DNA of 63,182 nucleotides, counting the filler, from Octopus bimaculoides (Eukaryota), in the NCBI RefSeq assembly GCF_001194135.2. It is 6 parts of 5 records of this genome, joined end to end, with 100 filler letters (N's around TTAATTAATTAA, not from the genome) between each part and the next. Parts side by side here need not be neighbours in the genome. Positions count along the whole stretch, not along the records: positions 30,306 to 46,459 come from NC_068993.1; positions 46,560 to 53,348 come from NC_068995.1; 4 more parts are not named here. One strand, given 5' to 3'. The notes beneath the pieces were generated by a model. It searched no databases and was not told where the DNA came from. It saw only the letters and a program-made list of their open reading frames with translations. The translations under genes were made by a program, and so were the position numbers. This document shows, one piece after another, positions 35,001 to 49,114 of the stretch (positions are counted from its first letter, which is position 1; each line of letters begins with the position of its first letter).

Positions 35001-36963
35001 AGCAACTTTGTTATTATTGTATTTTTTTCAGAGGAGCGGACGTGTCTAGTATTATCATGTTAGTACTTAGAAATATCTTTTTGGTGTAAGCGAGATAATT
35101 AGGCGTGAACATTTTTGTCCCATTTACCTTTAAGAACGAATTTGGTCTACAGCTAGATACGTTTTGTATTTAATATTTTGTAAACATTCGGTTCATAGTG
35201 TAACAATATGTCTTATTTTCTTTTGACAACACGACCGCAAGAATTTTGAACAGATCTTCGAAAATTTTGTAAACTCGGACATAAATTTTACAAATTAAAT
35301 ATAGGAAAAGAAAAAGAAACAAAATAGCAACACTTCAACAAGCTAAATCATCCGCACTACACAGGTCATAGAGAAATTTCATAAAAGTCAATCGACGACA
35401 AAGTTCTTGCTAAGGTTGCCTATCAAATTGTAATTTATAACTTAGTTTCACTTCTGAGAAAAAGAAACAAAAATTAATATAGAACAGATTTTTAGGATAT
35501 CTAACTCATTCCTTGATGATTTAATAAAAGGAATAGCTACAGACAAAGTGAAATACTCATGCTTCTCGCAGAATCAAAGGTTTCAGTTGCCCACCCCCAT
35601 CAAAAAACAAAAAAAAAATGTGGAACAGCAGCTGAAGGAAGCTGTGGCAAAATATGAGGAATATTGTTGTTTACATCGATCAACAAAGAGTACATGAGAT
35701 TATATAAAAGCGTGACAGGCTGAGCTGAAGTTCGACAAATTTGTTCACCTTCATGTGCAATTGTATATGATGTGGTTGGATGCATGGTTCACACACAGCT
35801 AAAGTAATTTGCAGTGATATTGGTCGTAAGCTTACAGTCAACAAGGGTAACCCAAGTGAAAAACAAAACAATTGAAGGCCGATCATGAATATTTCCGAAA
35901 ATCGCAGAGCCATCCCAAAGCTGTAGTGTCTCATGAGTGCTGACGAAAGTGATATCAATCGGATCATAAAGTGAAAGTGTTGAATACATGGCAGTAAGAG
36001 AAGAATGAAGAATAGAGAGAGTAGGGATCAGTAGTAGATCAATAATGCAAGAAGCCAGGTATTATTGTACCCCCAAAATTGCGTTTCCCAACTGGGAAAC
36101 CGAAATGTTGATCCCGTCCTTAGAATCAGCATCTGACGACTAGAAGGCAGATCACACCCATTGTCATTCTACCAATTCTATGAGAATGCGTCTGGTCTGC
36201 CACGATGAAGTCCACATCCATGGAGGATAAACGTAGTGCGGCAAGTAGCTTCTGGTGCTACAATGGGTAAAATACAGAGAAATTAAAGAGATAAAATGAA
36301 TGACGCACGGGAAGGAAATCAATCTTCCCACTCAGGTGACAACTGTTACATAAGTCTTCAGAACCAAGATGAGATATAGACGTTGCTCCTGAATGAGGAA
36401 GGGTAGGGAAGATATGAGGTTATTGTGCTACGGAAGAAAACTAGAAAAGATAAATGCCAACATCAGTGGAATTCTCTAACACAACGTAGATACCGATGTT
36501 TCACCCTTTAGAATCTGTTTCACTTATACTTTTATTGTATTTTACTTCAATTAGTGAGTCCAATTCGCTGCTGCTACTGCTGTTGTTGTTGTTGTTTTGT
36601 TGTTGTTGTTGTTGTTGTTGTTGTTTGTTTCGTTTTGTTTTTGTTTTTTGTTTTTTGTTTTTTTGTTTTCATTTATTAATTTCTGAATTCGTAAAATCTG
36701 AAACTTTAATTGGAAGATATTCTTTTTATGATAATTGTAACGTTAGAGCTATCAACACAAGTTTTAATTAACCACCTAATCCGCACAATAACTAAAGCAC
36801 AGATAGAGATTGGTAGGAATATAAACATGCAGTCTAACGGAGACTAACAATGCTACCTAACCAAACAAATAGTCACAAAGCTTTAGATAAAAACACACAC
36901 ACATACACATACACACACATACACAAATATATGTATGTATATCTATCTATCTGTCTCTCTCTA

Positions 36964-37011
<48 letters not shown>

Positions 37012-37202
37012 TAGAGAGAGACAGATAGATAGATATACATACATATATTTGTGTATGTATATATATATATAGTAGTCACTCGTTGTCCGAAAAAGACGCT
37101 TCAGCAATTTCTTGCCACATAAACACTTTGTCTATAGGGATCAGAAGTTACTGCTTCCTCATATCAAATTGACGTTGTCTGAACACATGCGCGGTCTACT
37201 AC

Positions 37203-37317
37203 TCGTCAGAGCAACATGAGAGGAAGTGCTTTGCTCAATAACATAACGTACCACTCCATCCAGGAGCTGAAACCACGACCTCGCATGCAACCTACTGACC
37301 ATTAAGTTATGCGCCCT
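37203..37317 (-). mobile_element. SINE family C 5' half, diverged
   Basis: Aligns to the reverse complement of 54705-54816. Confidence 0.55.
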
Positions 37318-38327
37318 CTCAATTACATTTTCCATAATAACTAAGTGTTTCTTGCAGCACGACTTGAACAATTAGCGTAAACTCTATGCTTCGGTAATAA
37401 CTCTGAGACACCTTTAGGTTTCGCCCTTAGCCATAAATAAAATTGAACTATTATTCATTGACTTTTTTGATTTTGAAGTTAAAATTAGCTCCACATTATA
37501 TTTCTTTAACGTTCCATGCCTCAGTATGATGGTACAAATCTAAAGATATATGTTTAGTATTTTATATTCCATAAAAGATGTATACGTATTGCTAATAGAG
37601 TTAATAGGTTAGTTTCTAAACCGCTTGTGGCATTGCCGTTTCCAGTGACCAGATTAGTATTTAGCTATGTTTATGCCCCGATTTAGTGGCTGAGCTGATA
37701 AATGAATATAACAATATATGTTTGGCGCCATTGTATAAACAGCAACCACATTGAAAGTTTGCAAAGTTTGAAGTTGTGTTCTTGATGTAAGTTCAAATGC
37801 ATCCGCTTCAAAAAATTTTGTGTTATCCTAAAAGTTAATTTACACATCATTTACTTAAAAGCAGCGGGTAACATTTTGTTCAATATTAGATGTGATATAT
37901 GATATAAGTATATATATATATATATATATACATGTAGTTTGTTGATCTTTAGGCTTTTTTTTCCTTGTATAGAAGTTCGAATGTTTGAGGGCATGCATCA
38001 TTCTGAGGATGTTTAATCTTTACATATTAAGATTTTACTCGAATAGAAAGGTTATTTGGGAGACCGTGTGTGCCTTTGCGAGCGTGTGTATGTGTATGTG
38101 TTAGAATTTGTAGATGTAGCACTGGATATGGTTCCTAATCATATACATATAAACACTACTATGCGATTTGAATGATATTTTTTAAATTCATAATTTTGTT
38201 TCTTTTTTAATTTGTTTCGAATATTTTTCATTTTCTCTCTATATCCTGATGAATAACCTACATACTTAACCTTTTATACTATTCTCGCTTTTACATATCT
38301 CTTAACTTTTTATATTCTATTACTATA

Positions 38328-38632
38328 GGAGCACTCCGTCGGTTATGACGACGAGGATCCCAGCTGATATGATCCTCGGAATAGCTTGCTCGTGAAATTA
38401 CCGTACACTCCACAGACACGTGTACCCCTAACGTATTTCTCAGGGAGATTCAGCGTGAGACAGCGCGTGACAAGTTTCACCCTTTGGAATAGATGTGCTA
38501 CTCATTTTTGCCAGCTGAGTAGACTGAAACAACGTGAAATAAAGTATCTTGCTCAAGGACTCAACGCGTCGTAGAAAATTGAACACACGATAGTGAACCG
38601 AATGCCCCAACCACTGAGCCAGGCGCCTTCAC
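38328..38632 (-). mobile_element. SINE family C (MetaSINE-like), full length
   Basis: Aligns end to end with 54700-55017. Confidence 0.85.
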
Positions 38633-39905
38633 TAAATATTCTGTTACTATACACAGTTAAAATTATGAAAGCTAGACAATAACAGAGTGAACGCCAGTTG
38701 TATTATCTATGACAAAAGTTCACTTCTGTAAGTTTGTAAGAGTTTAGAAAATGATTCCCAACGTAAAGAATACGCCCCATCGGTAGGGCGTAGGAAAATT
38801 GTAGGAAAATCTTTTTCTTAGTGGGACATGGAATTGTGAAATTCTTTTTTTTTACGGGAAACATAATACACCTATACTTTTTTTTGCAACCAGCGGTGGG
38901 TCATACAATTTTCTGGTAAGTTATAGTGGGGGGGGGTGAGGCAATAGCTTGAGAAACACTCGTTTAGAAAGTAGAACTGATGTCATAAAAGAGGTCATAT
39001 CAGAATATAATTAGTTACGGGGAATATTTAAGAAATGTACTTGAGTAACATTAGGAATTATAATACCAAATGATACGTGAATGTTCCTTATTCATTGTTT
39101 AACCATCCAGTGTTGACCGATTTTATGATATGATCGTCTTAGTTAGCAGTAGAACGATGCAAAATTATTGCCAAAGATACCGTCGTAAAAACTTCAATTA
39201 GGTAGCTGTTTAAATTATTTGAATTAAGTTTTATTAATGAGGCAAATGTAGCAGTCCACACTGTTATGGTGACTGCCTTTTTACAAATATTCGCTTTTCC
39301 TAGCCTGACTCTAAACCTGTGTCGGCGCATAAGTGAGTATGTGTGTGTGTACATGTGTGTGAACGTACGTGTGTGTGAACGTACGTGTGTGTGAACGTAC
39401 GTGTGTGTGTATGTGTACGTGAGTGCATATGAGTTTGCGCGTGTCTGTGTGTCTATGTGTATGTGTGGGGTGTTATATGTGGGTATTAATCTACAGGTAT
39501 GTGTGAAATTGTGTTTTTTCCTTCTAACTTCCATCCAGAGCAAGTTTATAAATTCAAACAATCGTGTGTAAGGAGAAGGTTCCAGTGAACAAGGTGGTGT
39601 ATCTTTACACATTACGTACTCTAGCCCTTCCCACATAATTGGCAATACGTCATGGGCATTTCATACATAGAACCTTATAAACAGTATGTATTTTTCATAA
39701 TCCCCATGTATTTTCCAATAGGCATAACCCTAACATACACAAAATAAAAACTTGCACGACAGTTGATAAACAGAACAAGTCGCCCAGGACAATAAGAAGT
39801 GACAACGAACAGAGGTATAACGAGTATAAAACATGTTGCATAAGGGAAATTATATATATATATATATACGAGGGTGTGTATGTGTGTCTATATATGCATG
39901 TAAAT

Positions 39906-39968
<63 letters not shown>

Positions 39969-40438
39969 TTTATTTATATATATATAAATATAGATATATG
40001 TATGGGGAATAAATAATGGCAAAACATTTTCCCAACCTCCTGTTTTGATGAATGTATGTATGTATGTATAAGCAAAATATTTACTGCAATGCACAATGTA
40101 CGTGGTTTAGCGCTACAAATTACAATGTGGACTTAATTGAATAATAAAAAGAAATCATAACGAGACGCAAGCACGCACAGACAGACACTCATGAACTGTT
40201 ATAAAATATTACAATAAAGTAAAATGTTGCAATCAAATGGTAATAGAAAATGTAGAGAAATAAAGTAAATCATGTGTTTTTCTATACTAAACTGTATATT
40301 TTATTTCAATATAGAAAAACATTTAAATTTTGTTGAGTCTATAAAATATCTCGTTATATATAATAATATGTATCTATGTAAGCATGTATATACATATGCA
40401 TATGTATATATGAATATATATATATATGTAGTTATACA

Positions 40439-40530
<92 letters not shown>

Positions 40531-42609
40531 TATACATATATATGTGTGTATATCTATATATATATACGAGACGTTAATTTTGTATTCTAATTTCGATGTT
40601 TTTATAGCACTCTCACTCTCCCTCTCCCAACCCCGATCTCTTCCTCTGTGCCTGGCTCTCTCTCTCTCTCTCTCTCCCGCTCTCTCTCTCTCCCTCTCTC
40701 TCTCTCTCTCTCCGTCCTCCCCTTTCTCCCTATTTCTCTCTCTCTCTCTCTCCCTCTCTCCCTTTTATATTAACTCCGTGGTAAAAGCTGCCTACTGTTT
40801 GTCATTGAAATTTCTCTTTCCATATTTTCAAATTCTGGCGAATATTAAATACAATGTTTATTGTCATAATTTATAGACAATTGTCTTGTTCTCCTGCTGT
40901 GAAATATAATTATACTTTCCTGAGACATTACAATCCAACAATTCATACTATTTTCAAGTATCGAAAACGATATATGTTTTCATAGATAAATTTCACTTGA
41001 TACGTTATTCGATATATAAGGCTGCCATTCGATAGAGAGTTTAGCTCACTCAGGTGGAGGTCAACAACCCAAGATCTTTAGTTTTCTCTTTAAACCTCGA
41101 AGATGACTCGTCTTAATTTGATCTGACCGAGATCAGTAAAATTGTACCGCTTATAGTCGACCAGTTTCGTAATTATGTGTTCCTGATTTTTTTCTTCCAG
41201 TATGCAAAAAAAAAAAAGCAAATCAACAAAGGTTTTGAGTCAAATTTATCACCGCTAGATGAAGAACCACGTTTCATAGAGTAAAAGACTAAAGTGCACT
41301 TTCCAGAAAGATAGAACATACATATTTTTATCACATGCTTATGGCCAGCTAATGAAGGAGACTCAACTCGCTTATACGGCTTGAAAATGTCTCGGTTAAA
41401 TCAAATTCTACTGACATCCTCTCATCAAAAAATGATATTACATACTGGATAAGGGAATTGCGAATATAATAAACAACGAAACACGATTTGGGCTTCGACT
41501 GAACGCCGATTAAACGATACAAATTCGTTAATAGAGGGAAATAATGTTTCAAATTTTGTGCAAGTTATCGGGTTATGTTAAAAGGCATTGTTCTTCATGA
41601 AACTAATTCTAAAATCCCTAAATCACCAAGAGTTTTGTTGAAATATTCATAGCAAAATAATCGAAAATAAACATTTACCAAAACCCCACATAAATGCATG
41701 ATATCACGTGATCAATAACTTAAACAATGACACCACCACTAACATCATTACTACCAACGACAACAATTGTGTAAAACAAAAAAAATCGTACTAATGTTAT
41801 TATCTTTCCAGACATCAGAAGTCTGCATAGAATATATTTTTAAAATCCTTCACAGACAGAAATAATCATGATTCACCAATCTTAAGACGCTGGAACAGAA
41901 TTAATACGACTAACACACAGATGACATTCACTTTACGAATATTCAAGAATCAGATTTGCAGTCACAACATATGGAAACATAATATGTCAAATTACATTCA
42001 TATAATGTTAGACAAATCAAAACACAGGGAAAATAGCATTAGTAAATTACTAGAGTCTATTGCATATTCGAAATATAGACTTTCAAAATATAAAGCCGCA
42101 GTAGATTAATATGATAATCCTATTCACACACCCACACGCCCACACTCACACGCCCACACCCGCACCCACATATTCATATATATATACATATATAATAAAC
42201 TCCAATGGTGGAAACGCCATTTATGTTTGCATTTTATACTCACGCCACACAAAGGGTCGTATCTATGGTTGAAACTGAATTTGGCACTTACATATATAAA
42301 GCATCCTACCAATCAACACTTGATTCCTTCAATATTGCTTACCTCACTGTGAGTTGTATGCTATCGTACCTAGACATTTCTGACGTTCTACGTGATTTTG
42401 TGCCTAGTTCCTTATAATTAAGATATATATATATATATATATATATAAAGAAAATGACGGGGATACGAAAATGACATACATCAGCCAGTGGACATTCTAT
42501 TATGTCTATTTATTCTAAAACAGAAGGACGTATTATAAGAATATATACACAAGCAAAAACTGTGTGTTACACACATATTTACTAGTAATACACAAAAGAG
42601 TAAAAGTTC

Positions 42610-43140
42610 AGTTCCATAGAGCCGTGTCTGCCAAGAGACCACGATATCCTCCATGTTACCTCCATCCTCAGTGTTCTGTAGGGATGGGTAGATAAAGTTT
42701 GGATGTTGAGGTGCTTCTAGGCTTCTTCTCTATGTCCTTTTCCTTTCTTTTCTTTCTCGTCCCTCCCTAACTCTTCAATCCCTCTGCCTCCTACCTCTCT
42801 CCTCTCCTTTCACGTAACCAGTGTTCCACCAAGCCTGACCTTTCATTTTGAGTTCGACTCCCATCCTTGTAGCATCTCTTATATTCTTTCCCATGACTTT
42901 CATCTTTTATGTCCATGCCTTAAGGCTTCAGTCCACACATGGCTGCTTAATTCAATTCGTCTTGTTTGTATTTGTAATTGTATGATATTTTTCCATTTTT
43001 ACGTCCTTATTTTCGTATGCATTCGCTTGCTTTCTTCCAAAGAATCTAGTGCTCATAGCTTAGATTTTCTTGGGGCAGGCCAGATTGGAGCAGTCCGGTG
43101 TGTAACCGGCCGCAACTGCAGGGATTATCTGGAACTCAAC
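42610..43140 (+). mobile_element. Interspersed repeat, probable LINE 3' UTR
   Basis: Shares CAAGCCTGACCTTTC, TAAGGCTT..TCCACACA, GGCCAGATTGGAGCA and ATCTGGAACTC with 62590-62915. Confidence 0.55.
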
Positions 43141-44090
43141 TGATGTAAAGCAACTGAAACTGCTCGTGATATCAACGAAACATTTGGTGAGGAATTGACC
43201 AGTGAATGATCAACTCGAAAATATTTCAGCGATTTCGCAGTGGAGACCTGAGCTTTGAAGTTAGTGAGCGTAATGGACGCCCATCTGTCATCGATGATGG
43301 TCAATTAAATACAGTCATTGAGAAAGATCCACATAAAACCAACCGAGAACTGAAGAAAGAACTTCAAGTTAACCAGAAAACCGCCTGCAACTATTTGCAT
43401 ACGATCGGAAAATCAAAAAAGCTCGACAAATGGGTACCACACGATTTGAATGGAAGTCAGAAAATGCGCAGATATGAAATTTGCTCGTCGCTTCTTCTCC
43501 GTAACCAGACCGATCTAATTCTCGACTGTAGTGCAACCTGCAAAGTGGATTCCGTACGATAATAAAAAAACGTTCTTCGCAGTGGTTGGACCAAAATGAA
43601 GAACCAAAAAACCTTCCCTAAACCCAAGCTCTTCAAAAAGAGGACTATGGTGATTGTTTGGTAGTGAACTGATGGACTCATCCACTATAACTACTTAAGA
43701 CCCGAACAAACCATTACTGCAGCAACATTTGACATGAAATTGCCAAAATGAATGAAAAACTGCTTCTCCTCCATCCCAAACTGGTCGACGAAGAGGGCCA
43801 AGCATTCTTCATGTCAATGCGCGACCACACATTTCATTGATGACACTCCAGAAGTTGAGGGAACTTGGCTAAGAAGTTCTTCACCACCGAGCTTATTCCC
43901 CAGACCTTTCAGCTACCGACTACGTTTTCAAGCACCTTGATGGTTTCCTGCGAGAGAAGTAGTTAAAAATTCAAAACCGAGGCTGCAAGTGTATTCAATG
44001 AGTTCATCAGCTCCAGAAAACCAGATTTTTATATTACGGGAATAAATAAACTTTGAAGACGTTGGCAAAAAGTTTTTGTTTGTAATGGTG
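43136..44090 (+). mobile_element. Mariner (DD34D-type) transposase pseudogene
   Basis: FQRFRSGD, GRPS, WVPHDL, KWIPYDN, HVNARPH, YSPDLSATDY; first D deleted, second D mutated. Confidence 0.92.
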
Positions 44091-44240
44091 CCTACTTTGN
44101 NNNNNNNNNNNNNNNNNNNNNNNNNNNNNNNNNNNNNNNNNNNNNNNNNNNNNNNNNNNNNNNNNNNNNNNNNNNNNNNNNNNNNNNNNNNNNNATGGGA
44201 TATTAAAGTTAAGAGTTTATTATCAGCAAAAAATCGATCA

Positions 44241-44360
44241 TTAACCCTTACAGCTGTTTCAATTAAGCCCAGCGAAATTAAATATTAGTTATATTTCCGA
44301 GCTTAATCTCTTCAGAGGGAGTAAGAATATACCCTTAGATATTTTATATCTAAGGGTTAG
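44241..44360. mobile_element. piggyBac-like mini-element
   Basis: TTAA|CCCTTA (44241-44250) ... TAAGGG|TTAG (44351-44360); internal 12-bp hairpin 44331-44357. Confidence 0.4.
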
Positions 44361-45620
44361 TTATTTGAAACATCACGGCAGACTGAATAATACAGCATTT
44401 GATTAGTAATCGTATATGTCTAGGTGTGGGGATAACAGGTTTGTTATGGGTAAGATATAGTATGCAAATATAATTAGGGTAATGAAGAGTAAGTAAATAG
44501 AGATTGAAGATTAAATTACAATGTAAATAAACTACATTATAAATGAGCTGTGGAATTAAATTATATTTGTAGGTTATATATATAAAAATTACACATATAC
44601 TTGCTATCATGCGATCATATATTCATCTGTAGATTCAGTATATATATATATATACACACATACATGTAAAATATATATACATATGTACATATATACATAC
44701 ATATATANNNNNNNNNNNNNNNNNNNNNNNNNNNNNNNNNNNNNNNNNNNNNNNNNNNNNNNNNNNNNNNNNNNNNNNNNNNNNNNNNNNNNNNNNNNNN
44801 NNNNNNNNNNNNNNNNNNNNNNNNNNNNNNNNNNNNNNNNNNNNNNNNNNNNNNNNNNNNNNNNNNNNNNNNNNNNNNNNNNNNNNNNNNNNNNNNNNNN
44901 NNNNNNNNNNNNNNNNNNNNNNNNNNNNNNNNNNNNNNNNNNNNNNNNNNNNNNNNNNNNNNNNNNNNNNNNNNNNNNNNNNNNNNNNNNNNNNNNNNNN
45001 NNNNNNNNNNNNNNNNNNNNNNNNNNNNNNNNNNNNNNNNNNNNNNNNNNNNNNNNNNNNNNNNNNNNNNNNNNNNNNNNNNNNNNNNNNNNNNNNNNNN
45101 NNNNNNNNNNNNNNNNNNNNNNNNNNNNNNNNNNNNNNNNNNNNNNNNNNNNNNNNNNNNNNNNNNNNNNNNNNNNNNNNNNNNNNNNNNNNNNNNNNNN
45201 NNNNNNNNNNNNNNNNNNNNNNNNNNNNNNNNNNNNNNNNNNNNNNNNNNNNNNNNNNNNNNNNNNNNNNNNNNNNNNNNNNNNNNNNNNNNNNNNNNNN
45301 NNNNNNNNNNNNNNNNNNNNNNNNNNNNNNNNNNNNNNNNNNNNNNNNNNNNNNNNNNNNNNNNNNNNNNNNNNNNNNNNNNNNNNNNNNNNNNNNNNNN
45401 NNNNNNNNNNNNNNNNNNNNNNNNNNNNNNNNNNNNNNNNNNNNNNNNNNNNNNNNNNNNNNNNNNNNNNNNNNNNNNNNNNNNNNNNNNNNNNNNNNNN
45501 NNNNNNNNNNNNNNNNNNNNNNNNNNNNNNNNNNNNNNNNNNNNNNNNNNNNNNNNNNNNNNNNNNNNNNNNNNNNNNNNNNNNNNNNNNNNNNNNNNNN
45601 NNNNNNNNNNNNNNNNNNNN

Positions 45621-45657
<37 letters not shown>

Positions 45658-46421
45658 TCACAGGGACATTCACGATTATTTACATGAAATTATACGTATA
45701 TACGTACATATCATCATATCATATATAAACCCATTATTTTATGGATGTTAGCCACCCCAAATATATTAGGTATTGAACCAGTGCATTCTTGGATAACAGC
45801 ATCCCTTCATGAGTCTACTATAAAATATTACATAAAATATAAACCAGGAAAGATTTTTGCAAAAAGTTAATTTCCGACCACACCCTCAGATACTGTACAA
45901 CCAGGTAAAAACGCCTATTTATTTGGAAATCTTAATTCCATTATGTTGTAAGTTTTTACTTTTATTTTTACTTTTTATTTTTTTGTTTACAGTTGATAAT
46001 TTTCCTGTCCACATAGCAACGTCATATTATACATATTTGTAATCTCACTGTCAAAAGTTAATAACTTTTAAATAACAATTAACATGACCACGCCTGAAAA
46101 TACTACGTTAATCCATATTTATTGAGAAAGATAACGATATTGATCAGATAAATGCTATTCATTTATTGTTTTGTCTCCTTGTTTCGACCGATCCTGTTAC
46201 GTTAAATACAAATGCTGCATACAGGTGTGTTGATGCACAAATTACGCTAAAGAAGATTGTCATAGCTACGATATTTATATGTGTACCACAGTTATCAATA
46301 TGAATACCTAATTGAGTTATGTACATATATATATATAATAGATTAATGTACATATATATATAATTGAGTTATGTACGTATATATATATATATATATATGA
46401 CTTATGTAATACATACATACG

Positions 46422-46459
<38 letters not shown>

Positions 46460-46503
46460 NNNNNNNNNNNNNNNNNNNNNNNNNNNNNNNNNNNNNNNNN
46501 NNN

Positions 46504-46515
46504 TTAATTAATTAA
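46504..46515. other. Artificial assembly spacer
   Basis: N44-TTAATTAATTAA-N44. Confidence 0.95.
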
Positions 46516-46559
46516 NNNNNNNNNNNNNNNNNNNNNNNNNNNNNNNNNNNNNNNNNNNN

Positions 46560-46815
46560 ACCATTTATTCCGATCCTTGCAAAATTCTCTTAATGGGAAG
46601 AACCTCGATTCTTTAAAAGAATGTAAAAACTACTTAAACCAGTTCATGACCCAGAAAGATGCCAAGTTCTGGGAAGATGGGATAATAAAACTGCCTCAAA
46701 GATGGCGAAAGGTAGTGATACAAAATCGGAAATATGTGCTTAAGTAAATGCATGTATAATTATCTAAATATTGTTACTGAATTTTACTTTAAAAAGCGCT
46801 ACGAACTTTTTTTTA
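46560..46815 (+). mobile_element. Mariner transposase C-terminus and 3' end (second family)
   Basis: HLFRSLQNSLNGKNL...FWEDGIIKLPQRWRKVVIQNRKYV*. Confidence 0.85.
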
Positions 46816-46821
46816 ACAATC

Positions 46822-46982
46822 ATGGGCTTCTTTCAGTTTCCGTCTATCAAATACACTCACAAGGCTTTGGTCGGGCCGAAACTATAATAGAAAGCACTTG
46901 CCGAAGGTACCAAGAAGTGGAATTGAGCCCCGAACAATGTGGTTGGGAAGCAAGCTTCTTGCCACACAGCTATGCCTGCGCC
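46822..46982 (-). mobile_element. SINE family A 5' half
   Basis: Matches 54170-54327. Confidence 0.85.
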
Positions 46983-47045
46983 TGTTACGTATAGATGTAT
47001 TATATTATATAATATACGTATAAATATATTATATTATATTATATA

Positions 47046-47172
47046 CCTGAGAAAAACGTTAAACTTACACGTGTCTGTAGAGTGCTCAGCCACTTGCACG
47101 TTAATTTCACGAGCAGGCTGTTTCGTTGATTGGATCGACTGGGAGACTCGTCGTCGTAACCGACGGAATGCC
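47046..47172 (+). mobile_element. SINE family C 3' half
   Basis: Matches 54895-55012. Confidence 0.85.
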
Positions 47173-47960
47173 AGTCTGTATTGATTTGATTCAAGGTCAA
47201 GTGTAAGACAGTGGCGTGTAAGCGGGTGGAGGCATGGTTTGGTTGGCACCAGTGGCGGTTGTGGCTTTTGAGTGGCGTTGGTGTTGAGTGATTAACAGAT
47301 GAGGGACGGGCAGTATATAGACGATACGTAAAGATTTGTAGCCTAGCTGTGTGTATGTCTGGATGTCTAAGCTATTGGTGGTAATTGAGAATAAGGGCAA
47401 GGGGAGACAGAGGAAAAAAGAGAAAGGTTTCCCACCACCATCAGCAGCATTAACCTATTCATTATTATTTTTATGTTGGTTAGTGGTGGCGAGCGGTGGT
47501 GGTTGAGGTGGTTGTGGTTATAGTGGCGGTGGTGACGGTGTTGACGGTGTTGGTGGTGTTGATGGTAGTAGTGATAGCGGTAGTGGTTGTGCTAGTAATG
47601 GTGTTTTATTGCTGGTGGTAGTTGTTATGGCACCGCTGCTTATGTTGCTGGTGGTGATGGCGGCGGTATTGGCGTTGCTGGTGATTTTGATGAGAAACTG
47701 TTGCTTGTAGGGAAGGGAGTGAAGTTCCTCCTCTTACAATCTTCTTCCCCATCACCTTCGCCAACCACTACTGACAGATTACCTCCTTCTTCACCCCACC
47801 TCTACAACTTCTTGATTCCCTCCTAAGATGTCATGGAATCTATCGCCCCCCCGCCACTAACATAAGCTAACAAGTTAACTTCGTTTTTCTAGAAATAGTA
47901 GCCAAATTACCTTCCCTCCTCATACTACTGGAAGAAATTGGATAACGTAAGCCTTTACAT

Positions 47961-48020
47961 CAGTGGTTCTCAACCAGGGCCCATATAGCCCTTGGGGATC
48001 TCTCTAAGATTTTGTTGTTG
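47961..48020 (+). mobile_element. hAT-type terminus CAGTGGTTCTCAACC, interrupted by a SINE
   Basis: Typical hAT/Charlie TIR start; partner end not seen. Confidence 0.35.
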
Positions 48021-48027
48021 ATATTTA

Positions 48028-48424
48028 TACTCTTTTACTCTTTTACTTGTTTCAGTCTTTTGACTGTGGCCATGCTGGAGCACGGCCTTTAGTCGAGCAA
48101 ATCGACCCCAGGACTTATTCTTTAGAAGCCTAGTACTTATTCTATCGGTAACTTTTGCTGAACTGCTAAGTTACGGGGACATAAACACACCAACATCGGT
48201 TGTCAAGCGATGTTGGGGGGACAAACACTGACACACAAAACATACATATATATACATATATACGACGTGCTTCTTTCAGTTTCCGTCTACCAAATCCACT
48301 CACAAAGCTTTGGTCGGCCCGAGGCTATAGTAGAAGACACTTGCCCAAGATGCCACGCAGTGGGACTGAACCCGGGACCATGTGGTTGGTAAGCAAGCTA
48401 CTTACCACACAACCACCAATGCGC
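48028..48424 (-). mobile_element. SINE family A, full length
   Basis: tRNA-like head, internal (TA/CA) tract, 3' (AAAGAGT)n tail. Confidence 0.9.
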
Positions 48425-48981
48425 AAAATATTTAATTTTTTTTAATACAGTTTCTAATAATATTTGATTGTAAAAATACTGCAGAATCTTTTNNNNNNNN
48501 NNNNNNNNNNNNNNNNNNNNNNNNNNNNNNNNNNNNNNNNNNNNNNNNNNNNNNNNNNNNNNNNNNNNNNNNNNNNNNNNNNNNNNNNNNNNNNNNNNNN
48601 NNNNNNNNNNNNNNNNNNNNNNNNNNNNNNNNNNNNNNNNNNNNNNNNNNNNNNNNNNNNNNNNNNNNNNNNNNNNNNNNNNNNNNNNNNNNNNNNNNNN
48701 NNNNNNNNNNNNNNNNNNNNNNNNNNNNNNNNNNNNNNNNNNNNNNNNNNNNNNNNNNNNNNNNNNNNNNNNNNNNNNNNNNNNNNNNNNNNNNNNNNNN
48801 NNNNNNNNNNNNNNNNNNNNNNNNNNNNNNNNNNNNNNNNNNNNNNNNNNNNNNNNNNNNNNNNNNNNNNNNNNNNNNNNNNNNNNNNNNNNNNNNNNNN
48901 NNNNNNNNNNNNNNNNNNNNNNNNNNNNNNNNNNNNNNNNNNNNNNNNNNNNNNNNNNNNNNNNNNNNNNNNNNNNNNNNN

Positions 48982-49033
48982 CTTCTTCTTCTTCTTCTTC
49001 TTCTTCTTCTTCTTCTTCTTCTTCTTCTTCTTC

Positions 49034-49113
<80 letters not shown>
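48982..49113. repeat. (TTC)n-(TCA)n compound microsatellite
   Basis: Direct reading. Confidence 0.9.
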
Positions 49114-49114
<1 letters not shown>

